Source of the DNA: an uncultured Victivallales bacterium
Lineage (GTDB): Bacteria > Verrucomicrobiota > Kiritimatiellia > UBA8416 > CAZASC01
Assembly: GCA_964487695.1 (NCBI GenBank)
Contig: CAZASC010000003.1
Location: 19,306 to 83,305, forward strand
Length of the DNA stretch: 64,000 nucleotides
Direction of reading: 5' to 3'
The position numbers and the translations under genes were made by a program. Of this stretch, positions 1 through 9,606 are shown piece after piece. The first letter of the stretch is position 1. Every line of letters starts with the position of its first letter. The notes beneath the pieces are model-generated. The model saw nothing but the letters and a program-made list of their open reading frames with translations, made no database searches and had not been told where the DNA came from.

Positions 1-2
1 TT

Positions 3-3000
3 GGCAACGCTCCGGTGAGTTTCTGCACCGGCATGCTGTTCACATTGGCCTGCCGGTGGGCGCGTGATTCCGATGGTTCGTCCGTGGCGAAAGTGTATAC
101 ATGGGAATGCGTGGGCGGAGTTTTTGGAGGTCTCGTGGTGACGCTCCTGCTGGCGCGAGGCGTGGCCGAGGAAACGCTTTTCCTTTACGCGGCTCTGTTA
201 GTGACTGCGATGTTTGCCATCTACAGGTTGAGCAAACGATCCCACGTCAGCGCTGTGTTGCCGGTTCTCGCTGTTGTTGCTGCGTTATATTCCGGTGTCG
301 CCGATCACTGGCGGGATTCCGACAACCGGCATACGTGGCAACGTGTTATATCAGCACAGTTGCCAAAAGGCAGCTTCACGACGCCTGAGGCGAAATACCT
401 GTATGGCGAGTATGGCGACCAGTTTAACGTCATGGTGTGGGAGACGGTGGCGGATACTATTCCAGCCACCGAACACGCATCGGAAATCGTGGCGTTACAT
501 CTCGCGCAGCGTCCAGCCGCCCGCCGATTTCTGGTGGCCGGGCGCGGAGCCTTTTCGATTTGCCGACGCCTGCTGATCTTGCCACAGACGGAGAAGATTA
601 CGTGGTTCGATCCTGATCCGGCTTATCCCGCACAACTGCTGAGCATATTGCCGCAACGCTTTCTGCCAGGGGTTGAGCGTCTGGAATTACCCAAAGCCGA
701 CATGCGGGGCTGGTTGGGGCAAACGCAGAACAAATACGACGTGATCATACTGGATTGGCCAGATGACGCCACTCTGGCGCTAAATCGTTACTTTACCCAG
801 GAGTTCTTCGAGTTGCTAAAGACGCACATGAGCGACTCCGGCATAATAGGCGTGCGGGTTTCCGCAGGCGAGAACTTCATGAGCGAAGACCGGGTGAATG
901 CCGGCGCATCAGTTTTCGCGACATTGCGCTCCGTGTTCAAATATCTCGTCATCAAACCCGGGGACGAAAGCTGGTTGCTGGTGTCGGACAATCCGGGACT
1001 GACGACAAGTCCAGCGGCGCTCAGGGACCGGTTCGCGGCCATCAATGGCGCAAATCAGATCTATCCTGCCGACGCGCTGATGGCATTGTACCTGCCGCAA
1101 CGCATTGAGTTTGAAATGCAAAGCTACGAGGCGGCCGTGCGAGACACGCCGGGCGAGATGCTGCTCAACACAGATCGCCATCCAAGAGCTTTGCTGCACG
1201 CGCTGCTATTTGCGGCCCATGAAGCTGGCGGCGTCCAGTGGCTGGGCGGCGCCATCAGAATGTTTGCTCTTCACGGTCTCCTTATTCTGCCATTGGGTCT
1301 GCTTCTCTTCGCTCTGCTTCGAGTCGTCTTTTTGCTCAAGAGCCGTGGAGTTGAAACGCCAGCGGACGGCAAGCAGTTCTCGGCCTTCGACGGCCACGCC
1401 CTCGTATTCACGACCGGCGCGGCAGGTATGGGCGGCAGTATCCTGTTGATGTTCCTGTATCAGTCCGCCTTTGGTTCCATTTTTCTGCACATGGGGCTGA
1501 TTTCGGCGGTCTTCATGCTCGGGCTCGCGCTCGGGAGCGCAGCGTCAGCCCGTATTGCGAGCGTTGGTTCTGGTAGGACATCGCCGGGGCTGCTGTGCGG
1601 CGTCATCCTGATGCATGTGCTTCTTTGCGGGGCGATCATGTCCATGGCGACGAGTCTTACCCGCGCAGAATTCGTCGCTGCTTTTCTCCTGAGCGGTCTA
1701 TTTAATGGTGCTTATGTTCCGCTGGCCGTGCGCCGTATGAACGCCGCCGGTATGCAGGACACGGCGGCTGGCGCCTGGATCGAAGCGATCGATCATCTCG
1801 GCGGTGCTGTGGGCGGATTAGTGACCGGACTGATTCTCCTTCCCGTTTTCGGAGCGTCGTACACACTTGTCGTCCTGATGTGTTTGCTTGCAACCAATCT
1901 GACGATGGTGTGGTTGCCTGCGAGGAACAGAGTTGAAATCCCGGATTATTCCAGCCGATCAATTGGAGCTTTCGGGTATGTCATCTTCGGCACTATCGCT
2001 TTCGCGTTGATGGCAGGCATATTGCTCCATCGTGGAGGCACCGATGAAAAGCGTCAGGCATTCCTGGCCTTTGCACGCTCGGCGGCGGGAAAAAGCGAAC
2101 TGCAAACGCGCCAGCTGACGCTCGGCAATGGAAAGACAATGGATTACTTTTGCGTGACCAACGAGCAGCCTGCGGAGACTGGATCGAGCGAAAGATACAT
2201 CTTTCAGACCGATACGTTATCTCCCGACATCGTCGGTTATGGCGGCCCGATCACACTCGCTGTCGTTCTGGATGCCGATGGCACGATCCAGAATGTCACG
2301 GTGTTGAATTCTGAGGAAACGCCATCTTATCTGGAGTTTCTCGGGCCTTGGATCAATCGGCTTCTCGGCGGCAAACTCTTTACGCCTGACCCTTTGAAGG
2401 ATGTGGATGCCGTGACTGGCGCAACGTTAACGTCAACTGCAATTCTTCGCATTCTCCGACAGGCCGGTCCCGCATTTGGCAGGGATGCGCTGGGCCTGTC
2501 GCTTGGCGCGGCGACGACGCCTGCGGTTTCCTTCTCTACGCTATACAAAGAGAACGTGTGGCTGGTGATTGCAATTATGACGGCGCTGGCTCTGCGAATC
2601 AGACCGTCCCGCTGGTTGCGGCGCGGATTTCTTCTTCTAGTCGTTGTGTTTTTCGGGTTTGTGTTCAACATGCAGTATTCGCTTGCTCACGTGTTTTCGC
2701 TTTTGAAACTCTCGATTCCGCCTTTTGGACTTGCTTCTATCTTTGCGCTGATTGCCGGGATTCCTTTGGTTGTGACGCTGTTCGGCAACGTTTATTGCGG
2801 TTACCTCTGTCCGTTTGGCGCGTTACAGGAGCTCGTCGGGGATCTCAGGCCGGCATTCCTGCGCACAGACCCGGACAAAACCATCTGGGCTTACGCCCGC
2901 TTCGTGAAATACCTGTTGCTCGCGCTGATGACCCTGTTCTTTGCCACGACTCTTGAATCGGCGCTCGCGTCAAACGATCCGCTTGTCACGATGTTCGCGC

Positions 3001-3530
3001 ATGAACGAAGTCACATTCTTTTATGGCTGGGGGGACTGCTTTTGGCGCTGGCATTTGTCTATCCGCGCTTTTGGTGCCGGACATTGTGCCCGACCGGCGC
3101 GTTTCTGTCTTTGCTTAACGGTATCCGTCTTTTCAAGCGGCTGATTCCGTTTGTCGCGCCGCGCGCCTGCGTGTATGGGGTAAGAGAGAGTCGCGAACTG
3201 GATTGCCTGTGCTGTGACCGCTGTCGCAGGCCGGGGCGACAGGAGGAGCGGGTATTGGCCAGATCGCCGGACTGGATTGCCGCGCGCCCTGTCAGGACAA
3301 TATTGCTTAGCACCACCATTGCGCTGGCCTTCATTCTCGCCGTCCAGACAACGGCGACATGGCGCAGTACTATCTTGACGATGGGCAATCGAGGGCAGGC
3401 GGGGATGAGCGGCAGCGGCGCCAAACCAGTTGATATGCAACGCCTCCGCTACCTGATCGAACAAGGCAAGCTATCCGACAAGGAAGCCCGTTTCTACAAG
3501 ACCGCCCCCAACGGACCGTCGCGCCCTTGA
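3..3530 (+). CDS. 5'-partial giant membrane redox fusion: polytopic membrane + spermidine-synthase-like module, second TM bundle, periplasmic FMN-binding domain, NosR/NapH-type CX3CP membrane module
   Basis: The frame is open to the window edge, so the gene is 5' partial. ORF aa ~100-345 look spermidine-synthase-like: acidic signature DVIILDWPDDATLALNRYFTQEFF, but a degenerate glycine loop (FLVAGRGAFS). Many hydrophobic helices lie before and after. nt 2400-2440 encode DVDAVTGATLTS, an FMN_bind/flavinylation-type motif as in NosR, RnfG and NqrC. nt 2796-2813 (CGYLCP) and 3075-3092 (CRTLCP) are the paired CX3CP motifs of NosR/NapH/MauN-type proteins, followed by a Cys-rich tail (CVYG..CLCCDRCRRP). 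Confidence 0.75.
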   Translation, partial: GNAPVSFCTGMLFTLACRWARDSDGSSVAKVYTWECVGGVFGGLVVTLLLARGVAEETLFLYAALLVTAMFAIYRLSKRSHVSAVLPVLAVVAALYSGVADHWRDSDNRHTWQRVISAQLPKGSFTTPEAKYLYGEYGDQFNVMVWETVADTIPATEHASEIVALHLAQRPAARRFLVAGRGAFSICRRLLILPQTEKITWFDPDPAYPAQLLSILPQRFLPGVERLELPKADMRGWLGQTQNKYDVIILDWPDDATLALNRYFTQEFFELLKTHMSDSGIIGVRVSAGENFMSEDRVNAGASVFATLRSVFKYLVIKPGDESWLLVSDNPGLTTSPAALRDRFAAINGANQIYPADALMALYLPQRIEFEMQSYEAAVRDTPGEMLLNTDRHPRALLHALLFAAHEAGGVQWLGGAIRMFALHGLLILPLGLLLFALLRVVFLLKSRGVETPADGKQFSAFDGHALVFTTGAAGMGGSILLMFLYQSAFGSIFLHMGLISAVFMLGLALGSAASARIASVGSGRTSPGLLCGVILMHVLLCGAIMSMATSLTRAEFVAAFLLSGLFNGAYVPLAVRRMNAAGMQDTAAGAWIEAIDHLGGAVGGLVTGLILLPVFGASYTLVVLMCLLATNLTMVWLPARNRVEIPDYSSRSIGAFGYVIFGTIAFALMAGILLHRGGTDEKRQAFLAFARSAAGKSELQTRQLTLGNGKTMDYFCVTNEQPAETGSSERYIFQTDTLSPDIVGYGGPITLAVVLDADGTIQNVTVLNSEETPSYLEFLGPWINRLLGGKLFTPDPLKDVDAVTGATLTSTAILRILRQAGPAFGRDALGLSLGAATTPAVSFSTLYKENVWLVIAIMTALALRIRPSRWLRRGFLLLVVVFFGFVFNMQYSLAHVFSLLKLSIPPFGLASIFALIAGIPLVVTLFGNVYCGYLCPFGALQELVGDLRPAFLRTDPDKTIWAYARFVKYLLLALMTLFFATTLESALASNDPLVTMFAHERSHILLWLGGLLLALAFVYPRFWCRTLCPTGAFLSLLNGIRLFKRLIPFVAPRACVYGVRESRELDCLCCDRCRRPGRQEERVLARSPDWIAARPVRTILLSTTIALAFILAVQTTATWRSTILTMGNRGQAGMSGSGAKPVDMQRLRYLIEQGKLSDKEARFYKTAPNGPSRP

Positions 3531-4601
3531 AGTTTGCGCGGATTTGCATCTCGGCAAGCGTTCGTGGGTATTCTGATTTATGTCGAGGATTTGTCCGTCG
3601 AAAGAAGAATCGGGTGTGAAGTATTTGCGAACGCCGGGAGAGATGTATATTCGGGTGGGGCGTTCATCGGGGATGAAGATGACATGACAGTTCGGCGTGC
3701 GTGCGAGAATCGGCAGAGATTTGTCGAGACCCAACACGAAGAATGGCTTCGTCATGGCGTCGGCCTTGACCGCGCTGTCGGCGATTATGGTGACGGATGC
3801 GACCCCTTCGACCGGATATCCTGTGAGCGGGTTCATGATATGGATGTAGCGTTTCCCATCGAGCATGAAGAATTTCTCGTAGTTGCCCGATGTGGCTACA
3901 GCCATGCCGTCGGATAAGCGGAGAGTACCGACGATCCGATCATGATCGAACGGATCGCGGATGCCGATGCTCCAGGGACGACCGGGCCCAGCCGAACCCC
4001 GGCAGCGGATGTGTCCGCCGAGGTTGACCATGAGATTCTTGATGTTGTTCGTCACCAATGCCTCGTAACAAACATCCACGGCATAGCCCTTGCCGATCCC
4101 GCCGAGATCAATACCCATGCCTTCCCGGTCGAGAAAGGCCGCGCCGTTCGACACGCTGAGGTGATGATAGCCAACCCGCTCAAGCACGGACGAGATCGCG
4201 GAGCTATCTGGAACGACCGATAACGGCGGACCCTTGTTGAAACCCCACAACCGCATCAAAGGCGCAACGGTTGGATCGAACGTCCCGTCGGTGGCCTCGG
4301 AGTAGTGCGTGGACAGCTGAAGCATGTTTTCAGTCATTGCCGATATTTGCACTGGAGATGCACCTGCGGACCGGTTAAGCCGGGAGATCTCGGAATCGGG
4401 CTTGAAGATGCTGAGGCGGTTGTCCAAGTCGCAGAGACTGGCTGCGGCTGTCGCCGAGGCTGAGTCCAATGCCGCCTCTTCGTCAGCCGACAGGGTGAGA
4501 CTTGCGTACGTGCCCATGCACGCCCATGTATTGCTCACCGGTTTTGCGGCGCGTGAACAGGCACTTGCGCCAGACAGCAGAAAGCAGAGACAGATTCGCA
4601 T
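3471..4601 (-). CDS. apbE: FAD:protein FMN transferase (ApbE family) lipoprotein
   Basis: Track ORF 3471..4889 trimmed to Met97 (ATG at 4599-4601), which gives the lipoprotein signal MRICLCFLLSGASAC. The body has ApbE-like blocks (GIGKGYAVD; AVATSGNYEKFF..GKRYIHIMNPLTGYPV). The Arg-rich 96-codon upstream extension looks non-coding. The 3' end overlaps the convergent CDS by 60 nt. Confidence 0.85.
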   Translation of the reverse strand: MRICLCFLLSGASACSRAAKPVSNTWACMGTYASLTLSADEEAALDSASATAAASLCDLDNRLSIFKPDSEISRLNRSAGASPVQISAMTENMLQLSTHYSEATDGTFDPTVAPLMRLWGFNKGPPLSVVPDSSAISSVLERVGYHHLSVSNGAAFLDREGMGIDLGGIGKGYAVDVCYEALVTNNIKNLMVNLGGHIRCRGSAGPGRPWSIGIRDPFDHDRIVGTLRLSDGMAVATSGNYEKFFMLDGKRYIHIMNPLTGYPVEGVASVTIIADSAVKADAMTKPFFVLGLDKSLPILARTPNCHVIFIPDERPTRIYISPGVRKYFTPDSSFDGQILDINQNTHERLPRCKSAQTSRARRSVGGGLVETGFLVG

Positions 4602-4892
4602 TGTCAGACCACACTTATCACGACTCCTTAAAAAGGCGTGAGTAATCCACCTGTGACGGAACGAGTTGCGCCGGAGGTGATGCCACACCGTTCTCCCTCT
4701 CTCCTCGCCAAGCGCGCGATAGGGGTGAACGGTCCTACATAGCATTTCTCTGTTGTAGAACCGCTTGCACAGCGCGAAGCGGCGAGAAGCGGTCTGAGAA
4801 ATGCGGGTCAGGAGTATGATGGAAAGTTTTTGCGAAGGCTCTACAGATATCTTCATATTGTTCGGAGCGGGGCAGCGCACGCAACGCAATTA

Positions 4893-5008
4893 AACCGTAG
4901 ATTGACGAATGATGAATATCGAATATCGAAGTACCGAATGATTTTGCAAAATCTGAATTTTGTTCCGCACTTCATTATTCCGGAATCGTCATTCGTCAAT
5001 ATGCGGTT
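4893..5008. repeat. Palindromic TIR-bearing intergenic element, copy A (MITE/REP-like)
   Basis: aaccgtagattgacgaatgatga (4893-4915) matches the reverse complement of tcgtcattcgtcaatatgcggtt (4986-5008) at 20/23 positions. The same termini recur at 44789-44911 in the opposite orientation, with a partly similar interior (acttcgatatt..cattca). The element lies in the 510-nt gap between the heptaheme gene and apbE. Confidence 0.55.
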
Positions 5009-5111
5009 CGGATGTCTCATTGTTTGTTTGAGGCGTTCGGCTCGACGGAGTCTCGCCCTCCCATAAGATATGCCGCTTTGAATGTGCTGTGTTTGTTACT
5101 ACACGATGCAC

Positions 5112-6611
5112 TTACGGAGCGCCAGTATGGCAGGTATCGCAGCGATCCGTTTTCCATGCGTCTTCGATGTCTTCCGGGTGCTTGAATTCGACGCCGTCCG
5201 ATACAAACCCTTTAAGATCGGCCTCCGTGCCCGGGCCCTGCGCGAGAATGGTGTGGCACATGTTGCAGTCTTTCCGGATGGTCGCACCGGATTTGCTCAC
5301 ATGCTGACCGTCGTGGCAGCGGAAACAGCCACCCGTGATTTTGTGGCCTGTCAGGTTCGGATATTCGTCCCATCTCACTTTCATCTCGGGGAAGAAGTTG
5401 CGCGTGTAAATCGCCTGGACTTCCTTGATCGTCTCGCCAAGTTTCGGATGTTGCGGATATTTCTCGCGCAAGCCGCCGGCGATGGCTTCGAGCGCCTGGG
5501 GCGTCGTGTCGTACTTGCCCACCAGCAGTTTCGCCGCGACCTCTTTTATACTTGGGATAGTGCGATCAATCGAGCCCTCCGACAAGGCGATGTCGAGCGC
5601 CTGATAAGGGGACAGGTAGCGGTGCGAAGGCCGGTTATGGCAATCGAGACAATCCATCTTTCGTGGCGGCAGAGTCGTAGCTTGTTCTGGCGTGAGGTGT
5701 TCGTCCTTGTTTGTCGTTTCGTAAATCGTGACGTTGCCCTTTTGATCCGTGACACGGATCCACGGGATGATGGAACGTTTGCGATCGGAAGCGATGTACT
5801 CGACCGTATTGACTCCTTCCATGTGCCAGTGGATGCCATGAATCATTCCGTGCGCCGGATCTCCGCCGCCTATGTTTATCAACATTTTGATTGTCCATGG
5901 GGAGTTCTTCTCATCTGGCAGGTATGTTGTCCAAGACTTCAACACGGCGCCGAAAAATTTCTGCGGCCAGTGGCAGGTGAGGCATGTTTCCTTCGCGGGA
6001 CGCAAATTGATCACGGGAGTCTCGATAGGCCTGTGATACTTGTTAAACATCACGGCGTATACCTGGTAGATCCCGGATAGCTTGGCCCTGACGAACCATT
6101 CCGCGCCCGGTCCGATATGGCAAGTCGTGCATGTTGTTTTGGAATGTGGTGAATTCTGGAATGTGGTGAATTCTGGTTTCATCACAGTGTGGCACACTTT
6201 GCCGCAGAATTCGACAGACTCAGTGAAGTGATACGTTCTGTAGGTGGCCACAGCCGAGACCGCAACAAAGATGACAAAGAAACACGATACTATGAGCAGG
6301 CGCGCCAGTGTTGTCTGGCTTCTCAAGTCAATCACGAGCGGATGAATGTCCCCGCCGGACCTCCTCTGCCGCCACGACATCCATAACATGCCTGCTATGA
6401 CCAGAAAGATACTGCCGGCAATAAGCAATGGAACGATTCCGTAAAGAAGTATGCCGAAGTATGGATTTGGCTGATCCTGCTGGATATCCACCACCAGCAG
6501 AACGGTGCCGGTGACAAATGCGAAACAGCCCAGGAAAATCCCCGCCAGGCTTATCCAGTTCCTTAATAAATCCGATATTGTCGCTTTGGGTCTCGTCTGG
6601 TTCATTTGCAA
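5112..6611 (-). CDS. Membrane-anchored heptaheme cytochrome c, NapC/NirT-type N-terminus (putative quinol dehydrogenase)
   Basis: Three N-terminal hydrophobic helices. FCGKVCH...SPHSKTTCTTCH resembles the NapC/NirT N-terminal di-heme signature. Also CLTCH, CLDCH, CFRCH, CNMCH and CDTCH, for 7 CXXCH in total. Confidence 0.8.
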   Translation of the reverse strand: MQMNQTRPKATISDLLRNWISLAGIFLGCFAFVTGTVLLVVDIQQDQPNPYFGILLYGIVPLLIAGSIFLVIAGMLWMSWRQRRSGGDIHPLVIDLRSQTTLARLLIVSCFFVIFVAVSAVATYRTYHFTESVEFCGKVCHTVMKPEFTTFQNSPHSKTTCTTCHIGPGAEWFVRAKLSGIYQVYAVMFNKYHRPIETPVINLRPAKETCLTCHWPQKFFGAVLKSWTTYLPDEKNSPWTIKMLINIGGGDPAHGMIHGIHWHMEGVNTVEYIASDRKRSIIPWIRVTDQKGNVTIYETTNKDEHLTPEQATTLPPRKMDCLDCHNRPSHRYLSPYQALDIALSEGSIDRTIPSIKEVAAKLLVGKYDTTPQALEAIAGGLREKYPQHPKLGETIKEVQAIYTRNFFPEMKVRWDEYPNLTGHKITGGCFRCHDGQHVSKSGATIRKDCNMCHTILAQGPGTEADLKGFVSDGVEFKHPEDIEDAWKTDRCDTCHTGAP

Positions 6612-6657
6612 GTTCTGCCTTTACGAGCCAGTTTCGCGTGTATTTACGCCTGGCGGA

Positions 6658-7452
6658 TTATGCGTAACTGTGTAAACCGCTTAACAGAAAGTTAACGCCA
6701 ATGTAAGTGAAAAGCACCGACAAAAAACCGACAATCGAAAGCCATGCCGCGCGCCTGCCGCTCCAGCCTCGCATATAGCGGCAATGCAAAAACGCCGCAT
6801 AGATAAACCATGTGATGAGCGACCATGTTTCCTTTGGATCCCACGACCAGTAAGTTCCCCAGGCCGAGTTTGCCCAGACGGCGCCGGTAATGATGCCGAT
6901 GGTCAGGAAAATAAAACCGAAAGCCACAGTCTGAGTCATTACAGATTCCATGGCGTTTCTCGCCGGCTGCTCCGATAAAGTGGAAGAGCGCTTTGCAGCG
7001 ATGAGATAGGCGATTGCTGCGATAAAGGAAATTGCGAATCCTGAGTAACCGAGGAAGCAGGTGAAGACATGGAACGTGAGCCAGTTGCTGCGGAGGGCCG
7101 GAACCAGGGGTTCGATATCGGATTTGAAAGAACTGGCGTAAGCCAGCGTAACCGTGGCGAGTAGCGCGGCGGCAACTCCGAGAACGGGAACGTGTTGCTT
7201 GACGCGGACAACCAGATAAACAACAACAGTTGCCCACGCGAACAAAACGAGGGATTCGAACATATTGCTGAAGGGCGGCCTGCCGGCTTCATGCCAGCGC
7301 CAGATAATGTAAACTAATTGAAGCATGCTGGCTGCGGTCAGCAGGGAGTTGATCGCCCAGTCGAGAAAACGGCGTTTAACGAACAGGTTGATCACGGCAA
7401 AGAAGAAAGCGATGACGTAACCGGACATAACAAGGTTGAATAACTGCGTCAT
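6658..7452 (-). CDS. ccsA: Cytochrome c biogenesis protein CcsA/ResC (System II heme handling)
   Basis: Polytopic protein with a Trp-rich heme-handling signature (WANSAWGTYWSWDPKETWSLITW). Its start overlaps the ResB-like gene by 4 nt. Confidence 0.85.
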   Translation of the reverse strand: MTQLFNLVMSGYVIAFFFAVINLFVKRRFLDWAINSLLTAASMLQLVYIIWRWHEAGRPPFSNMFESLVLFAWATVVVYLVVRVKQHVPVLGVAAALLATVTLAYASSFKSDIEPLVPALRSNWLTFHVFTCFLGYSGFAISFIAAIAYLIAAKRSSTLSEQPARNAMESVMTQTVAFGFIFLTIGIITGAVWANSAWGTYWSWDPKETWSLITWFIYAAFLHCRYMRGWSGRRAAWLSIVGFLSVLFTYIGVNFLLSGLHSYA

Positions 7453-8729
7453 GGCAATTGTCCCTCACTCACAGACGGTTGGTTTGCGGCTGGCTTCTTC
7501 CGGCCTGCCGGTTTGAAGCAGAGAAGCAGGATCAACCCGCTAACCATGCTGAGAAAACCCGCATATACAACGGGCACGCCAGGATCATGCACCACCTCCA
7601 GTGTGCTTTGCGTCAGATCGCCGGGATTGTAACCGGACTGGTAGAGTGTGTAGCCGCGAAAACTGAGAGGCGAATTCACTTCGATCGTTTTCTCTACGAG
7701 AACGTTGCTGTCTTCCAGAAGCTGGAGCTTGCTCTTGAAGCTGCGGATTGGTCTTGAACGGTTCTGAAAGCTGTCCTCATTTTCTGCGCCGTTTGAAAGA
7801 TATAGCAGCTTCAGGTTTCCGGCGGCCCCCTTGTCGGACGGAGAGTGGAGCATGTCGAAATCGGGATGCCTGGCGAATATCCACTTGCTGACATGAACAT
7901 CGCCGGAATTGACCTCAACGAGAATCGCGGGATTATTTGGAGACCCGGAGCGGCTGCCTGCTTCGTGGGTATTCATATCTATGACAAAATCCGGCTCATA
8001 TCTGGACACTGTCACGTTGACGGCATTCGATTCTGTCTGAGTTTCCTTGTCAGGATGAAGAGAAATAATGGAGGTGCCAACTTCGACAACTACCTGCGTC
8101 TCGATATGACGCTCCGGCCAGGCAATGCTGAGCATGTCCGGCTTGTCGGCATCAGGATTCGCATCCGTCTTCTCATCATAGTATTCCAGATTGAACTTAA
8201 CGAGGCGCACATCGAATGGCAGTCTTGTCGGGCCGGTGGGTGTCATGAAATGTGCTTGTGTCTCGCCTTCCCGGATTTCCATTTCGCCTTTTTGTCCCAC
8301 GGCTCCACGGATCACAGCGCCGCCAAGGATCAGCAGGAGGCTCATGTGCGTGAGAAGAAACCCCCAGCCGGATGTTCCCATGCGCCCGGACTTAATAAGA
8401 TTCGACATGCGGCGGATCAGGCATGCGACGACATTCAAGGAGAAAAAGACGAGCAGGCCGATAAACCACCACGACTCGAACACATTCGCAAGCCCGACAG
8501 AAGCGAGAAACTTCATCTGGCTTGCGTGCTGAGGATTGGCGCGGAGGTATTTCTGCACATCTCCGCCTTGGGGCAGAAGAGTGCCCAGAATGCAGGCCAC
8601 CACTATGAGGGAGCCGACTGCCGTCGCCAACTTGGCTGACGAAAGCTCCCCCAGAATAATTCGGAAGACCCCGGTACCTTCGGTACGTGTTGTCGTATCA
8701 GGTCGAGAATTCTCGTTGTTGTTGATCAC
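7449..8729 (-). CDS. ccsB: Cytochrome c biogenesis protein ResB/CcsB
   Basis: N-terminal TM ending ..ACILGTLLPQG, a large soluble loop and C-terminal TMs. This architecture and the pairing with ccsA are typical of System II. The gene abuts the tetraheme gene (8729/8730). Confidence 0.75.
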   Translation of the reverse strand: MINNNENSRPDTTTRTEGTGVFRIILGELSSAKLATAVGSLIVVACILGTLLPQGGDVQKYLRANPQHASQMKFLASVGLANVFESWWFIGLLVFFSLNVVACLIRRMSNLIKSGRMGTSGWGFLLTHMSLLLILGGAVIRGAVGQKGEMEIREGETQAHFMTPTGPTRLPFDVRLVKFNLEYYDEKTDANPDADKPDMLSIAWPERHIETQVVVEVGTSIISLHPDKETQTESNAVNVTVSRYEPDFVIDMNTHEAGSRSGSPNNPAILVEVNSGDVHVSKWIFARHPDFDMLHSPSDKGAAGNLKLLYLSNGAENEDSFQNRSRPIRSFKSKLQLLEDSNVLVEKTIEVNSPLSFRGYTLYQSGYNPGDLTQSTLEVVHDPGVPVVYAGFLSMVSGLILLLCFKPAGRKKPAANQPSVSEGQLP

Positions 8730-9314
8730 TTACTTCTTTACGTCAGGATCAGGATGTTCGATCTTCTTGAATGCCTGTTCGACATCGAAGCCGACTTTCT
8801 TTCCATCCTTGGTCGTGTAGAGCTCAGGATTCCAGGACGGCGATTTGTCGTTGTGGCATTTCTCGCAGCTTTTCGTGGCTGGATATACCATGCCGTTCTT
8901 GACGGCGTCATCGCGGACCTTCATGGTCTCCTTGCTCTTGTAATTCTTTCCGGCTCCGTGGCACGATTCGCAGCTGACACCTTCTTCGACCGGTATCACG
9001 TCTGTCTGCTTTGTCTCGGTCCAGTTGTAAGCGGTGGAGTGGCATTGCAGGCATTTCCCGCTCGTCTGAGGATTGTCTATCTTGAGCTTTGCGCCTGCGG
9101 CCTTTGCGGCATCCCCGGCCAGTGCGGCATACGCCTTGGCATGAGGACCTGCTTCCCACTTGCCGAACTGATCGCCCTTCTTCTCGCCTTTATGGCACAT
9201 CTTGCAGGACTTGACTCCAACATAAAGCGAAGCGTCAGGACCATCGCCAGCCTGAACGTTCGCCGCCGCAAAAATTCCCATCGCAATGCACGCAGTAACA
9301 ATATATGCCTTCAT
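8730..9314 (-). CDS. Periplasmic tetraheme cytochrome c (c554-like small multiheme)
   Basis: Signal peptide MKAYIVTACIAMGIFAAANVQA. Four CXXCH motifs: CKMCH, CLQCH, CESCH, CEKCH. Confidence 0.8.
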   Translation of the reverse strand: MKAYIVTACIAMGIFAAANVQAGDGPDASLYVGVKSCKMCHKGEKKGDQFGKWEAGPHAKAYAALAGDAAKAAGAKLKIDNPQTSGKCLQCHSTAYNWTETKQTDVIPVEEGVSCESCHGAGKNYKSKETMKVRDDAVKNGMVYPATKSCEKCHNDKSPSWNPELYTTKDGKKVGFDVEQAFKKIEHPDPDVKK

Positions 9315-9606
9315 CAGTTATCTCCTTGTTCTATTTAAGCCCCAAAGACTCTCTTTTTCACTGTCAAAAGTAAAGCTGAAATAACTGAAATGTGACAAGA
9401 TAAAATGAAGTTATGCCCATCTCGTCATCGTCTTCTTAAATACTGTGATAGCGTCTCATTTCTGCCAATCTGCTGTAAATAGGACAAATCTATAAAGTCA
9501 GGGATGGATCGCTTGGATCTGCGCCTGTGGAACGAATTGGCAGGGCCGGTTTTATACTGGCCACGTCCGAAGCCGACATAAAGTTGGCTCTACCAGGAAA
9601 AACACA

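Noticed and set aside
101-3464. Numerous 60-150-aa ORFs overlapping the giant fusion CDS on both strands
   Set aside because: All are embedded in the 1171-aa reading frame, which carries clear domain motifs. They have no independent support.
4602-4889. 96-codon N-terminal extension of the ApbE ORF in the track; similar upstream extensions on FdhD, YceI-Prx, the methyltransferase, ahbD, hemL, nuoH and others
   Set aside because: The extensions are Arg-rich and non-protein-like. Internal ATGs give proper signal peptides, RBSs or tight junctions with the upstream gene, so the starts were trimmed.
4602-4892. Possible FMN riboswitch or other leader RNA upstream of apbE
   Set aside because: I read the minus-strand sequence and found no resemblance to the RFN element core as I remember it. 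There are only short GC hairpins. A covariance-model scan would be needed to be sure.
5082-6080. 332-aa plus-strand ORF, along with similar long ORFs at 9782-10909, 14985-16046, 17522-18532, 21595-22449, 27473-28285, 30060-30941, 44637-45482, 57189-57980, 60717-61559 and 62429-63211
   Set aside because: Each lies antisense to, and fully inside, a CDS with strong family motifs. Their products are Arg/Gly/His-rich with no motifs, which is typical of shadow ORFs in GC-rich DNA.
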